In this document: piece after piece, positions 13,043 through 24,748 of the stretch | Layout: each line of letters begins with the position of its first letter | Numbering within the stretch: the first letter of the stretch is position 1 | Program-made: the position numbers and the translations under genes | DNA from: Euprymna scolopes | Lineage: Eukaryota | DNA: 64,000 nt | Strand: one strand, 5' to 3' | Assembly (NCBI GenBank): GCA_053919585.1 | Contig: CM132796.1 | The notes under the pieces: generated by a model | Seen by the model: only the letters and a program-made list of their open reading frames with translations | What the model was told of the DNA's origin: nothing | Databases searched by the model: none

Positions 13043-16000
13043 TTAAGGTTCTGGTTCTGGGTGTGGTTCTGGTTCTGGTTCTGATCTTGCCTGATCAGAC
13101 GAACTACAACTACCACTCTCTTGCTTGGTGACCTCACTCACCAGCAGCTCATCATCTGATGATTCATCGCTCTCTGTAGTTGTGGGATGTACTTCACTAG
13201 CTGGGCGAAGGTCGCGCACATGGCGTGGGGTTCCATCAACAAGGACCGACTGCTGGCTGACCACTCCAGATATTCGTCCTCGCTTGAACTTGGTGACGCA
13301 CCGGTTTCCAAGGGGCCTAACCCAAACTGGATCCCCTACCTTGTATTTTTCATGACTCTCCTCGTCGATTGGCTGGACAGTGCCAATGCCCTTTATCCTA
13401 ACACGGTATTTTTGTATGGCATTGGTCGGTGCTGTCGTTAGTCTTCCTATCCTTTGTGATGTTATACCAATACATGGCTTCCGTAATGGTGCATTACTTT
13501 CTGCCAGCAATTTTCTTGATGCTGCGATTGCTCCTCTCAGCAATGCTATTCCCTGATGGCACATGATAGCATCGTAGTCGTAGTCGGGCATCCCACTCAT
13601 TCAACAACTGCCGGACTTGGTGGCTACAAAAAGCAGCATCGTTGTCCGTCAATATCTCTTTCGGCGCAGAAAAGATAGATGACAGTTGGCGGACAATATT
13701 CGCTGACCCCGTCCTGGTCATTTGCCGCCACACCGCAAAACAAGTGGGTCCACAGTCGATAAGGGTTAGAAGGGGGCTTACCACTGTAATGGGTAATATC
13801 CATCGCTAATCGTTGCCACACATACTCAACTTCCAATCGCCCCTTCTGCCATTGCGCAGGTGCAGGATCGATAGACTGACATGCCTCACAGTGCTTGATG
13901 ATCTGCATGTCATCCACCCTTGTCACTCCCGGGTCCACACGCTTCGAAAAATACAGTTCTTTTGATACCTGGATGTCCACTCTGTACGTGAATTCTTTGT
14001 ATTTGGCATGAGCTAATCGCGCCGACTTCGCAAGATCGATCAGCGAACTCCACGCCTGTCGTCACAGCTTTATACCATTTGTGAGGCACACGGGTTAGTT
14101 GGTCTGCAGGATTACAGTGTGATGCCACGAGTGTTACACTCACCATACTCTGATACCAGACTCTTCATGATGTTTAGCCTCCGCCGGATTTAGATCTCAC
14201 TGGCTGCCTTAGTGCGGACTCTCGTTCGTCACGAAAGAGTGTCGGACACCCAGTGGTAGACGCAGAGAGAATCCGTGTAAAAGTGCAACTTCTTTGACTG
14301 CTATTGCAGATTTAAACCCTTCACAACAGCATCCAGTTCTTTCAGGTTGATGTGTTAAGCATCATTCACGGGTCGCAGCCAGCACGCGCCTTCAATTACG
14401 TTTCCATTTTGCTCCAATAACACTCCCAATGCCAAAGAACTAGCATCAACCAACACATTCACAGTGCCCCCATCGACACACCATTCTCCACGGGCAGAGC
14501 CTTCCTTGTTAACTTTCTCTAGGGGTTCTGTCGTCATCAGAGTTAGAATAGCATCATCAGATACATCATCCCAACCTGTAGTTACTAAAATTGCCCTGCG
14601 TTTGATGACGCCCACAGCTGCTCGGAGCCAGCCACATGCTGGTAAGTGACCAATAAGTTTCCCACACAAGGAAAAAATAGTCCGCCGCGTAATAACATCA
14701 GGGATGTTTGGAATCTCACTGCCACGCCTCCATCGTAAGGTACCGTCTTTCCCGCAAACGTCCAATCCTAATACCAGTGCTCCATCCCTCAGACGTCGGG
14801 ATCCTTGCACTCCAACCCGAATTGAGCTAACTTTTCTCTGACGTGCGACGCAGATTGTATATCTTCATTGACGTACACATCGTCAATATAGGCCGATGTT
14901 GCGTCCTCAGTGGTCTTTTCCTGGGACACTACTGCATTTACGATGGTCTTCATGATTTGCGGTGCCACATTAAGCCCAAAGCCAAGTCGAGTAAGGCAGT
15001 ATCTCTGACCCCGGAACAACACTGTCTGGAACGGCCACAATGTCTCATCCACTCGCACCTGCAAATAAGCCTTCCGCAAGTCTGCTATAGACACATTGGA
15101 GCCCTTCTGGCGCCATTCTCTCAGCTTGCTTGCGCACACGTCAGCATTGGAAGTGTACGTCTCAATGTATCTATTGAGTTCACGATAGTCCAGCACCGGA
15201 CGACCTTTTTTTTTCCACAGTAATCACCACTTATCAAGGTCCGGAAGCCACTCAGGGATAAAGGTTATTGCAAGTACATTATGTTAGTGAGGAGATTTGC
15301 TGAAGTGTTTACTTAAGGGGGCGGTTCATTAGGAATTTGTTAACCTTGGACTTGAAGACATCCAAGTGGTAGTCCGGAGGGAAGCAGGCAGACGGAACAG
15401 AGTTCCACAGGCGTGCAGTTCTAAGACAGAAGCTTTGTTCATGAAATCCGCGTTTTGATTTAGGCACATATATAGAGTGGGGGAATTTTTTCACAGTGGA
15501 TTCAGATAGACGGATGTTTTTCGTGAAAGATTGGCGAGGAAGGACACGAGATTGGAGTTCAGACGAGCATCTGCCATGGAAATAACGATAAAACAAGGAC
15601 AGACTCGCAACGTCTCTTCTGTAGGAGAGAGGTTGCAGGGTAGATAATCTGGCATCCCCCACTAAGCGACGGAGTCTATTTTTTACTCTGTAAAGGCAGG
15701 ATAGGCTGTTTTTAGCAGCTCCTGCCCAGATATGGCAACAGTATTCCATCCTTGGACGTACTTGGCTTTTATATAGATAGAGAATTGCATCAGTAGTGAG
15801 GTATCTTCTGGAGCGGTAGAAGAATCCCACCATCTTTCCGGCGACCTTGGCAACAGACTTGATGTACGTGTTCCATTTAAGATCAGGAGTAAAGGTCAAA
15901 CCCAGAAGCTTGTCAAAACACGGGGCCTTACCCAGACGAGAGCCATCCATCAAAATTGATGCCAGCTGGGGATCAGAGCGTTGATGATGTAAGGATAGGA

Positions 16001-18271
16001 GATCAGAGGAGAGAGAATCAGAGAGAACTTTGTCATTTACAGCCTTTGATGAGTTGCCGTAGATGGTCGTGTCATCAGCATAGATGTCAACGAATGATTT
16101 AAGTGTGGGTTTAGGGAGGTCATTGATGTGGATCAGGAAGAGAGTTGAGCCCAGGATTGACCCCTGAGGGACTCCAACATTTATATTGCAGGCCTCCGAT
16201 TTTTGTCCATCTACCACTACTCTTATGAGCCTATCGGAGTGAAATTATTTAATGATTGAGAAAACATTTCCAGTTGTACCGTAGCTGGAAATCTTGTTAA
16301 GTAGACCCTTATGCCATGCCTTGTCGAAGACCTTTGATATGTCAAGAGAAATTGCCCTAGAAAGGAAGCCTTTGTCAAGAGATTCACTAATCCTGTGGGA
16401 TATAACCGTCAGCACATCTGCGGTAGATCTTGCAGAGCGGAAACCATATTGTGTGTCACTAAGAAGGTTATTCCTGGTGAGGTGGTTTACTATTTCTCTA
16501 TTTTATATGGATTCCAGCAACGTACTCATAACACACAGGAGACGTATAGGTCTGTACTGAGAGGGAGATGACTTATCACATGAATTCTTAAATGTAGGGA
16601 AACTGATGAGGCCTTGCAGGGAGTCGGAAAGCGCTTCTCCTTAAGGCAGCGCTTAAATAGTTTCGTAAGTATGGGAGCAAGTTCTGGTTGAAGCTTTTTT
16701 AACACTATAATTGGGATGCCATCAGGGTCTGTTGCTTTACTGGAATCTAGATTATTTATTAGCTTGGCGACCTCATGCACGGATATTTGTATGTTTCCTA
16801 GCTTATTCTCTGTTATAGGAGGAAATATGGGAAGTTGATGGCCTTCGTCGCATAAGGTAGAATTAGCTGCCAAGTTCTTTCTAAATAGTTTGGCCTTGTC
16901 TTACGCTGACGAGATGACCTTTTGATTTCTTATGCTGAACTACCGCTATTAAGGGAATCAGAACCTTGGGTGCTCCCAGCTTGTTGGGGTAGGGGATCAG
17001 CCATCCCTCCTGGATCCATGCCTCAAATTCCGGTTCGTATTCATTACGGGCCTTGTCGGGTATCGAGTACTCTGCAATGCTATTCTTGAGTTCGGTTGGC
17101 GCCCTTCCTACTGTCCACTTCCACGATGCAGTCCATGCTTTTTTGGTGAGGGTCGTGGTCCACCTTAAAAGCAGGTCGCTCAATGTGAACTGCAGCACAC
17201 ACTGGGATTTCTCAAAATCGCACAGTCCCATCTGTTCCGATAACAACTCCCCCCAGTGCCTTAATAGCATCATATCTCACCAGTACATCGAATCCCAACA
17301 AATCCCCTCGCATCGCAGGACATTAATGTCTGCGGCCACACCAGAGTGTGTGTGGACTTTGACAGTTCCAGCTCCACAGCAAGCTTGCGTATTGCCACCT
17401 ATTGTGGTTACTTTGATGTTCTGCTTTGTCCAGTTTCGACACAACTTGGCACTCATGATGGTGTGTGAGCACTCAGAGTCGAGAAGAGCTGAACAAGGTA
17501 CTTGGTCCACGTACACATTTATTGTCGGTTGCGCCTCAATTAAATCTTGTCCGGGGAACAGAGCGGCGCTGACGTCCTGCCCCCTGATGCATTTCCGCAC
17601 AATTTTGGGATAACTGTTCATAACTACCAGATTGGAAACAGCGCGGCCGCCCTCGCCCCTTGTTAGTACAACGTCTTGCAAAATGGAAAATCTCCCATTG
17701 GTCGTGGGTCCCAAATTATGACTCTTCTCAGCATTAGGCTTGGCTCCCTGCGCCATCATTACAACCGGTCCCCTCAGGTCCTCCTCATCTCTGATAATGG
17801 CTCGAGCGCGTTCTAACAAATGTTCCATGGGCGTTACAGATACGCAGGTCGAAGCCCTCAACAGTTGCTTAACATGGGTGGGAAGGCCGGCCACAAACGC
17901 ATACGCCAGAGTTTGCTCTGACACTCCATTTCCAAATAGAACTGCAAGTCTCTTCAGCTCCGCGATGAAGACGTCCACGGTGTCTCCTGGCATTAGCCTC
18001 CAAGAGGCAAATGTTTCGTAGGCCGTGCAGGGATCCATGGCAAATGCCTTGTATAAAGCATTTTTATACAGGTAACATCAGCCTTCTCCACGGTACTAAT
18101 TTGCTTATATACAATTAAGGCGCAACCATCCAATCTCAGGGGAATCACGGTATGCACCCCCTTTACTTCACAGAGGGGGCAGGTCAGCTGAACCCTTTCG
18201 ACCCAGTCGACAACAGAAGTGGTTCCGTCGAATTAGGGTATCAGTTTTAAATCAAATTTTGCCCCAGCCAT
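13043..18271 (-). pseudogene. gag-pol of LTR element B (stops, frameshifts, LINE insertion in RT)
   Basis: ORF fragments 17277-18038, 16881-17273, 14789-15196, 14355-14810, 13910-14146, 13624-13980, 13494-13784 and 13043-13600 tile gag-PR-RT-RH-IN in order. Confidence 0.9.
15210..16915 (-). mobile_element. 5'-truncated CR1-group LINE nested in LTR element B
   Basis: 302-aa RT fragment (GVPQGSILG, YADD, YKSQVRPRMEYC), poly(A), 8-bp TSD gacctttt at 15202-15209 and 16916-16923. Confidence 0.95.
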
Positions 18272-18302
18272 AGTTGTCCAGTAAAAGATACAAAACGAAA
18301 TA

Positions 18303-18314
18303 GCCGAAATAACT
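18303..18314 (-). promoter_or_regulatory. Non-canonical primer-binding site complementary to tRNA-Phe nt 1-12
   Basis: AGTTATTTCGGC on the element strand, abutting the 5' LTR. 11/12 match, and the mismatch forms a G-U wobble. Confidence 0.7.
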
Positions 18315-18620
18315 TATTACCTTCACCTTTACCGAGGTGCACGACTTATATGATCTTCACCGAGGTGCGCGACTTGACACACAAAAAAACAGCCTCTTAA
18401 TTACCTGCTAACAGACACGTCACTGTAACGTCCAATGACAACAACATCAACCTTCTCACTCGACTTGCCTTTTATACCAATATCTCAATTTCTCCTCTTG
18501 CGCATGCGCCCGTAGATTCCTAACAACCTCGAGACTTCCGCTTATAAAAAAGTTTTGTTGCTGCGCATGCCTATACAAGATACACACACTTGGGCGTTTG
18601 TTTTGTTGGTAAGTACTACA
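18315..18620 (-). repeat. 5' LTR of element B
   Basis: Direct repeat of 12676-12950 with about 30 extra nt near 18503-18532. Confidence 0.92.
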
Positions 18621-18754
18621 TATTTACATAATTGTCATTGGTTACATCCAGATTTGTAAATATTTTGTAAGTGCGTATGCTAAGTGTGTGTAGATGGTTA
18701 TAATCTCCAGAAAAAATAGGCAAGAAAATGTTTACATACATAAAGTATCTAACC

Positions 18755-18804
<50 letters not shown>

Positions 18805-18849
18805 ATTAATTTAGATTAATTAGATAAAGTAATTCGTAATTGTATTCTT

Positions 18850-19110
18850 TTAGTCACCGACGCAGAGGATTAAAGACTCAACGTTTCTTAAGACCTGTAC
18901 CTACTCATGACGTATTGGGCAAATGCATGATACACCCTGGAAGTAAATAAAGGGTTCCGCTCGAAATTTCTCCCAAATTCTCGAGTTGGACAGAAACATT
19001 TCTGATTTCGACAAGACATATCTGAAGAAAGTCCTACGTTACATCAACGGAATAGTTGAAAATATCACATTCAATATGAGAATAGTAGTCCGATGAATTC
19101 AAATATCACG
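18850..19110 (+). mobile_element. Penelope-like 3' terminal remnant with decayed hammerhead core
   Basis: ctgaagaaagtcc..ttacatcaacggaatagttg..aatagtagtccga resembles PLE terminal repeats (CTGAAGA..CGAAAC). Confidence 0.4.
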
Positions 19111-19487
19111 ACTAGTAGTTGTGTACATAATAAAAACAACAACGAAGAATAAATAAAATGAAGTAAGGAAATCCCTAAACAAATGCATCTCCATATGAGG
19201 TAGGAGAACAAAATTGTGTATTATTTTTCATTAACCATTTTGTAAATATTTAAATTATCACTTTTAAAATAGGTTTAGTAACTTTATTAACCACACCTTA
19301 ACCAAGTTAGACCGATAAGGTAAAAATCTAAATTGTCCCGCACTTTTGAGCTTAGCATGCACAACATACATAACAAGTAGGCGATTCAGTTAAAATTGCT
19401 TATGAAATAGTGATACGAAAAAAAACGGACGTGATTTTAATACAGACATTAAAAAAACGCAAAATAAAACAATTTTATCCGTCTTAN

Positions 19488-19672
19488 NNNNNNNNNNNNN
19501 NNNNNNNNNNNNNNNNNNNNNNNNNNNNNNNNNNNNNNNNNNNNNNNNNNNNNNNNNNNNNNNNNNNNNNNNNNNNNNNNNNNNNNNNNNNNNNNNNNNN
19601 NNNNNNNNNNNNNNNNNNNNNNNNNNNNNNNNNNNNNNNNNNNNNNNNNNNNNNNNNNNNNNNNNNNNNNNG
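19488..19672 (+). other. Putative masked exon (N 19487-19671)
   Basis: ttttatccgtctta[g] acceptor and g|gtgccc donor. Confidence 0.55.
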
Positions 19673-20169
19673 GTGCCCGGTGGAAGCATGCTTATCATAC
19701 TCTCGTAGAAAACTATATTATTTAGTTTTGTTCTTTTTTTTTTACCCCAACACAATAACCTCATCATGTTAAAAACGGCTTCTGAAATAAACACTCCGGA
19801 TTTTCTAATGCCAAGAATAGTTTTCCAAATGGTAACCCGCAACATACCCATGTTTTAGAGGTATGTTGGAATAGACATCCAATCTGTGCATTACGTTGAC
19901 TGTTCAAATATTTTCCACACATGTAACCATTAAAATCTTAGCCGCAAATACTATGAATCAACGAAGACATTTTAGTGTGGAAATGTCCGTCGGATATAAT
20001 TAGATTTGTTCTCCCTCTGTGCGTACTAATCAGCCAGCCACTGAAATAAAGTAAAATACAGGTCTTTATATCGCAAAAACTACTTGTATTCGCCAAATAT
20101 AAAGGTTATTATCACAATCGGTATAGTAGGACACCTATAAAAGTCATCATTTTAAACGCAACGTATGTA

Positions 20170-20582
20170 GCTAGAACTAATGTAAAAATTTACCTTGCCA
20201 GAAAAGAATCGACGTATGATTAAACAATTATCTCTTTAAAAAGACCGCATTATGACCCCTTAATATTTATTGTTTTGGGGTCAAATCAAGTTATTAAGTT
20301 AGATTTATGTTCAAGACACCTATATCTAAAAGTTTAAGTGTGTAGACCCAACTTTGTCGGAGAAGTTTGCTAGAGTTCTGAAAGATCAAATCATTGAATT
20401 TGACCCCTTAACAGCCACATTTCTTACCGAAAACGGATCACATAAATTTTCCCAAATCTCACTACCCTGTATATAAAATTTCAAGTATGTAGACTTTAAA
20501 TTGATAGATATAATTCGTAGGGAAATGTACACAGACAGGCACCCAGACACACAGCCACGTTCACTTTTATAGATATATAGAT
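20170..20582 (-). mobile_element. Non-autonomous Helitron-like element
   Basis: Minus strand starts a|tctatatatctataaaagtgaacgtggctgtgtgtctg, with CTAG near 20171. Related to 1-588. Confidence 0.45.
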
Positions 20583-20849
20583 TTGTCTGTGGCTTATTAC
20601 AGTGTATTTTTCTATTGAATATCTTGAGCTATATATTTTCTGTTTAAATATCTGAATACATATTTTATCCATATTTGTGTATATTTATAATTCGTGTTTG
20701 TTTTAGCCTATTTGTCTCTTAACAATACAATCTGTTACTAAGGACATAAGCGGCTACTGTGTGAGATCTTATGTAATTAAGCAGCATAGTAGCACGATAT
20801 CAGTCTACATTACATTATATATCTGCCGTTTAGTAGGGTAAATATACCG

Positions 20850-21698
20850 TGTGATACAGTGGGAGAAGAGGTGGCTGGTTATTTTAATAGATCTAAAACC
20901 AAGCTCCTATCTTTACATCATTAACGCTCTGATCCGCATCTGCCATCAATTGAAATGGATTACTCTCGTCCTGGGGAAGTTCCATGTTTTGATAAGCTTC
21001 TGGGTTTTATCTTTACTCCTGATCTGAAATGGAACACGTACATAAAGTCAGTTGACAAGACAGCTGGAAAAATGATAGTATATTTCTACCGCTCCAGAAA
21101 ATATTTCACCAATGATGCAATTCTCTATCTATATAAAAGCCAAGTGCGTCCAAGGATGGAGTACTGCTACTACGTCTGGGCAGGAGCTGCTAAAACAGCC
21201 TATCCTGCCTTGTCAGAATACAAAATAGGCTTCGTACCTTAATGGGGGATGCCAGATTCTCTTCCCTGCAACCTCTCTTCAACAGGATAGACGTTTCGAG
21301 CCTGTCTTCTTTTTATATTCACATCCATGGCAAGTGTTCGTCTGAGCTTAAATCTCTAGCCCCCATCGCCAATCTTTCACGAGAAACACCCGTCTAACTG
21401 AATCCACTGTTAAAAGTTTTCGCCAGTCTTCATCTGTGCCAAAACCTAAACCTAGATTCCATGAACACAGCTTCTTCCTTAGATGTGCACGCCTGTGAAT
21501 GTCTGTTCTGATTGTTGTTTCCCACCTGACTACAACCTGTATGTCTTCAAGTCCAACATAAACACATTCCTGAGGAACCGCCCCCTTAAGTAAGACACTT
21601 TATCAAATTTCTAATTATAACGTACTGTACACGATATAACACTTATCCCCGAGTTGCTATCGGGCCTTGATAAGTGGTGACTACCTTGTAAAGAAAAA
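20850..21698 (+). mobile_element. 5'-truncated CR1-group LINE 3' fragment
   Basis: FTPDLKWNTYI..YLYKSQVRPRMEYC plus the family 3' tail and an A-rich end. Confidence 0.9.
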
Positions 21699-22327
21699 GC
21701 AAGCAATTAGAAGTGAAGTAAAAATCTACGAATTCGTCAGTAGACAGTATTAAATTAAAACACTTTCGAGATTAACGAAAGTCAATATATCTCGCTACTT
21801 TACTACACAAAGAGATTATCCTACTTGTCCAGTTTGTCGGACATGCGTACGCTCACTGGGTAAAAACTGGTATCAGTTAATTAGACTACATTCAATTAAA
21901 CACATATGCAACGAGCACAGATATGCCGTTTATTGGGGATAGGATCAAGTTATATTATTTAATTATTTTTATTAACAATCTTACGTTTTTCACAGTGAAT
22001 TAAAACTTTGATGGCGATTAAACGTGGAAATGTGTGGAACAGAAAACTCTTTTATTTATTATGCCAAAATTTAGCATAGTAGTTATGACGATAGATTAGC
22101 TTGTGATCCATAAATATATTTGCAAAACGTGAGCCACAACTGAAAATTCGTAGGTTTAATTTACTATCCACGCCATTACGCATATTAGATTGAATCGACT
22201 AAAAAAATGGGCAAGTATTCGTTATGACATCGTAGTTTCGTATAGAACGCACCTGACAATACAATATATGCGTTCTGGTGGCGGGTATAATGGCTCTCCA
22301 CAAAGGAATGAAAAACAAACGATTTAC

Positions 22328-22331
<4 letters not shown>

Positions 22332-22370
<39 letters not shown>
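22332..22370. repeat. (CA)n microsatellite
   Basis: Direct observation. Confidence 0.95.
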
Positions 22371-22374
<4 letters not shown>

Positions 22375-23069
22375 CGTGTAAAATGAGATAAACCACCCAC
22401 CAGATATTCCGGTCTAAATTATTGTAAAATTACTTTTAAAATGTTGAATCACAAGCAAATACAAAAAATATAAAGAAAAATATACACCCGCATATGGAAC
22501 AAAATAGTAAGAATCATGAAAAAGTATATATGCTGCAAAAAAGATGAAAACTGTAAAAATGGCTATTTATATTTAGGGTGCACAAGGCTAATAATTCATC
22601 GAAGCTCCCGCCATTAAAAATTGTTAAAGAATAGAGAGATGGATGAAATATTTTTTTTTCGAAAAGGGGCATAGTACATGGAAACTCCAGTCCTCTCACA
22701 AGGAAACAGTGGCATAAAGTTATCTAGAATATAACCGGAAACTCCTAGTTGTTTATTTGAAAAACATGTTAAGTCCACCTTGTGACAAAGATATCAATAA
22801 ATACACTAGATAGAATAGAAGTAATATTTCTCTGTTTGGCAAGATAGAATTTCCCAAGAAGACGTTGGGTCGACTTGTTGTAAAGGAAATTTGCGTTGTT
22901 AGATGTTATATCCTGTTGAACTTAATATATGTGAAAGACAACACGAAAAAATATTTCATATTCATCACGTTCTTTATATACACATACATATATTCCTCTA
23001 AACCTACCACATATACTAGTAAGAGCTCCACTGTTATCGCCAAAACACGACGTCTACTTTTTAAATTAG

Positions 23070-23261
23070 TTNNNNNNNNNNNNNNNNNNNNNNNNNNNNN
23101 NNNNNNNNNNNNNNNNNNNNNNNNNNNNNNNNNNNNNNNNNNNNNNNNNNNNNNNNNNNNNNNNNNNNNNNNNNNNNNNNNNNNNNNNNNNNNNNNNNNN
23201 NNNNNNNNNNNNNNNNNNNNNNNNNNNNNNNNNNNNNNNNNNNNNNNNNNNNNNNNNNNNN
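23070..23261 (+). other. Putative masked exon (N 23072-23263)
   Basis: ctactttttaaattag acceptor. The donor is not visible and may be masked. Confidence 0.4.
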
Positions 23262-23329
23262 NNCCACTAAAGAATCAAATCTAGAATCTGACGACAATGC
23301 ATTTATGTGTTTCACACTTAATTTACAAC

Positions 23330-24658
23330 ATAGCGTTAGTTACCTATATTTTTGTACGGTTTCTTTCGACCCAGGACTGTACTCTAATGAAACAAACCCA
23401 TCACAGTAAAGATACACAAAAGTTCTTTGGTACATATATTTGGTGTCTTTAATGTCAAACGCACTAATTGGGTCCGTTCCTTTACTTACACAGACGGAGC
23501 TGATATCATAACACATATCTTCTCTATATCACATTTCCATCACAGAGTTAAGTTTCCGACACATTTCCTTGACAAGCACGTCTCACCTCTAGGTATATAT
23601 CTGAGAACAGATCCCGATGATTGTGTAATGAATGCGGGAATGCTTTTTACGTCGTCATAACAGTATACATCATCCAAAACTATGGCACAAAGCTGACGAG
23701 TCATTACTCAGAACTACAAGCTATTATAGGAGGATTTTTTTCAGAAGCCATGAGGGATATCCTCAGGAATGCCTCATGCGTAAATATATATTTCTCTTCC
23801 TTGAGAATAGTGCGCAAATGAGACAATGGAATGGTTCAAAGCGGCAATTGTAGCCCATGTTCCTACGCGGAAGTTCTATCCCACACTCTACACTCCCCAA
23901 TGTTTTACTCGATTTGTGCAGTTGTTATTGCTCAAATGCAGCATGCATACCACATATTAATTCGCCATAAGTTCTATACAAACAGACACAAGTTGATTAA
24001 ACTAGAAGTAATTGTAAGAAAGAAATAGCGGCAGCTGCGAGAAAATACGCTGAAACAACCAGAATAGACATCAAAGCACAGAAAATAAGAACTAGTTATT
24101 TCTTTAAAATCTACAATAGTGTAGATAATGTGAGGCAGTAAATAATCATGAGAGTTTTTGCACGGTGACCAGAAGGCTTACCAAGTCAGTTATCTTTAAA
24201 TATACATTCGACCAAAGAAACCATTTATTTCCATTTGAAGACTTACACCACACTAGCTGATTGAATACCAACCCTTCTTAAGTGCAGGTTCTCATAAAAT
24301 AACCTAGCCACCTTCAAAACCAAGTAGACACGATCTCCTCCCGGCTGTACTAATAATAAATAATACTCAACTCATGTTGCTTCAAAATGCCTTAACTAAT
24401 CGTGTGTTCCTGGGGGCTGGATAGTTGTTTCTGTGATATTAGTTTACAAGATGTTGGCGTAAAAACTGACCCAATATATTATATCACTATTCGCCCTTTG
24501 TTATTTTACTCGAAAATGGATCAAGCTCTAGGCCATCATCTTAATGTTGTTAAAATTCTGACGAACTGACATTATGAATTCTACAGAAAATATCCTAACT
24601 GTAATATCCAAACGGTTATACCATGCACTGCAAAAACAGAGGGACGTACATCAGTATC

Positions 24659-24748
<90 letters not shown>

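Larger units (their letters stand above)
12676..18620 (-). mobile_element. Full-length, mutated LTR retrotransposon B (about 4.2 kb without the nested LINE)
   Basis: Two clear LTRs, PPT caggggggag, gag MAGAKFDLKLIP*FDG, protease ALLDSECS, RT DLRKAYLQ/RLGFGLNVAP/AYIDD, RNase H VDASSLALGV, integrase GHPG..CEAC, ILTDND, GNSIAER. Imperfect 5-bp TSD catta/tattt. Confidence 0.95.

Noticed and set aside
18301-18314. gccgaaa read as a canonical tRNA-Phe PBS (TGGTGCCGAAACCC) or a tRNA gene on the + strand
   Set aside because: Wrong strand relative to gag-pol, no TGG, continues ATAACT, and no cloverleaf follows.
12673-18623. Troyka-type 3-bp TSD for LTR element B
   Set aside because: Flanks tta/tat do not match, and element A suggests a 5-bp TSD.
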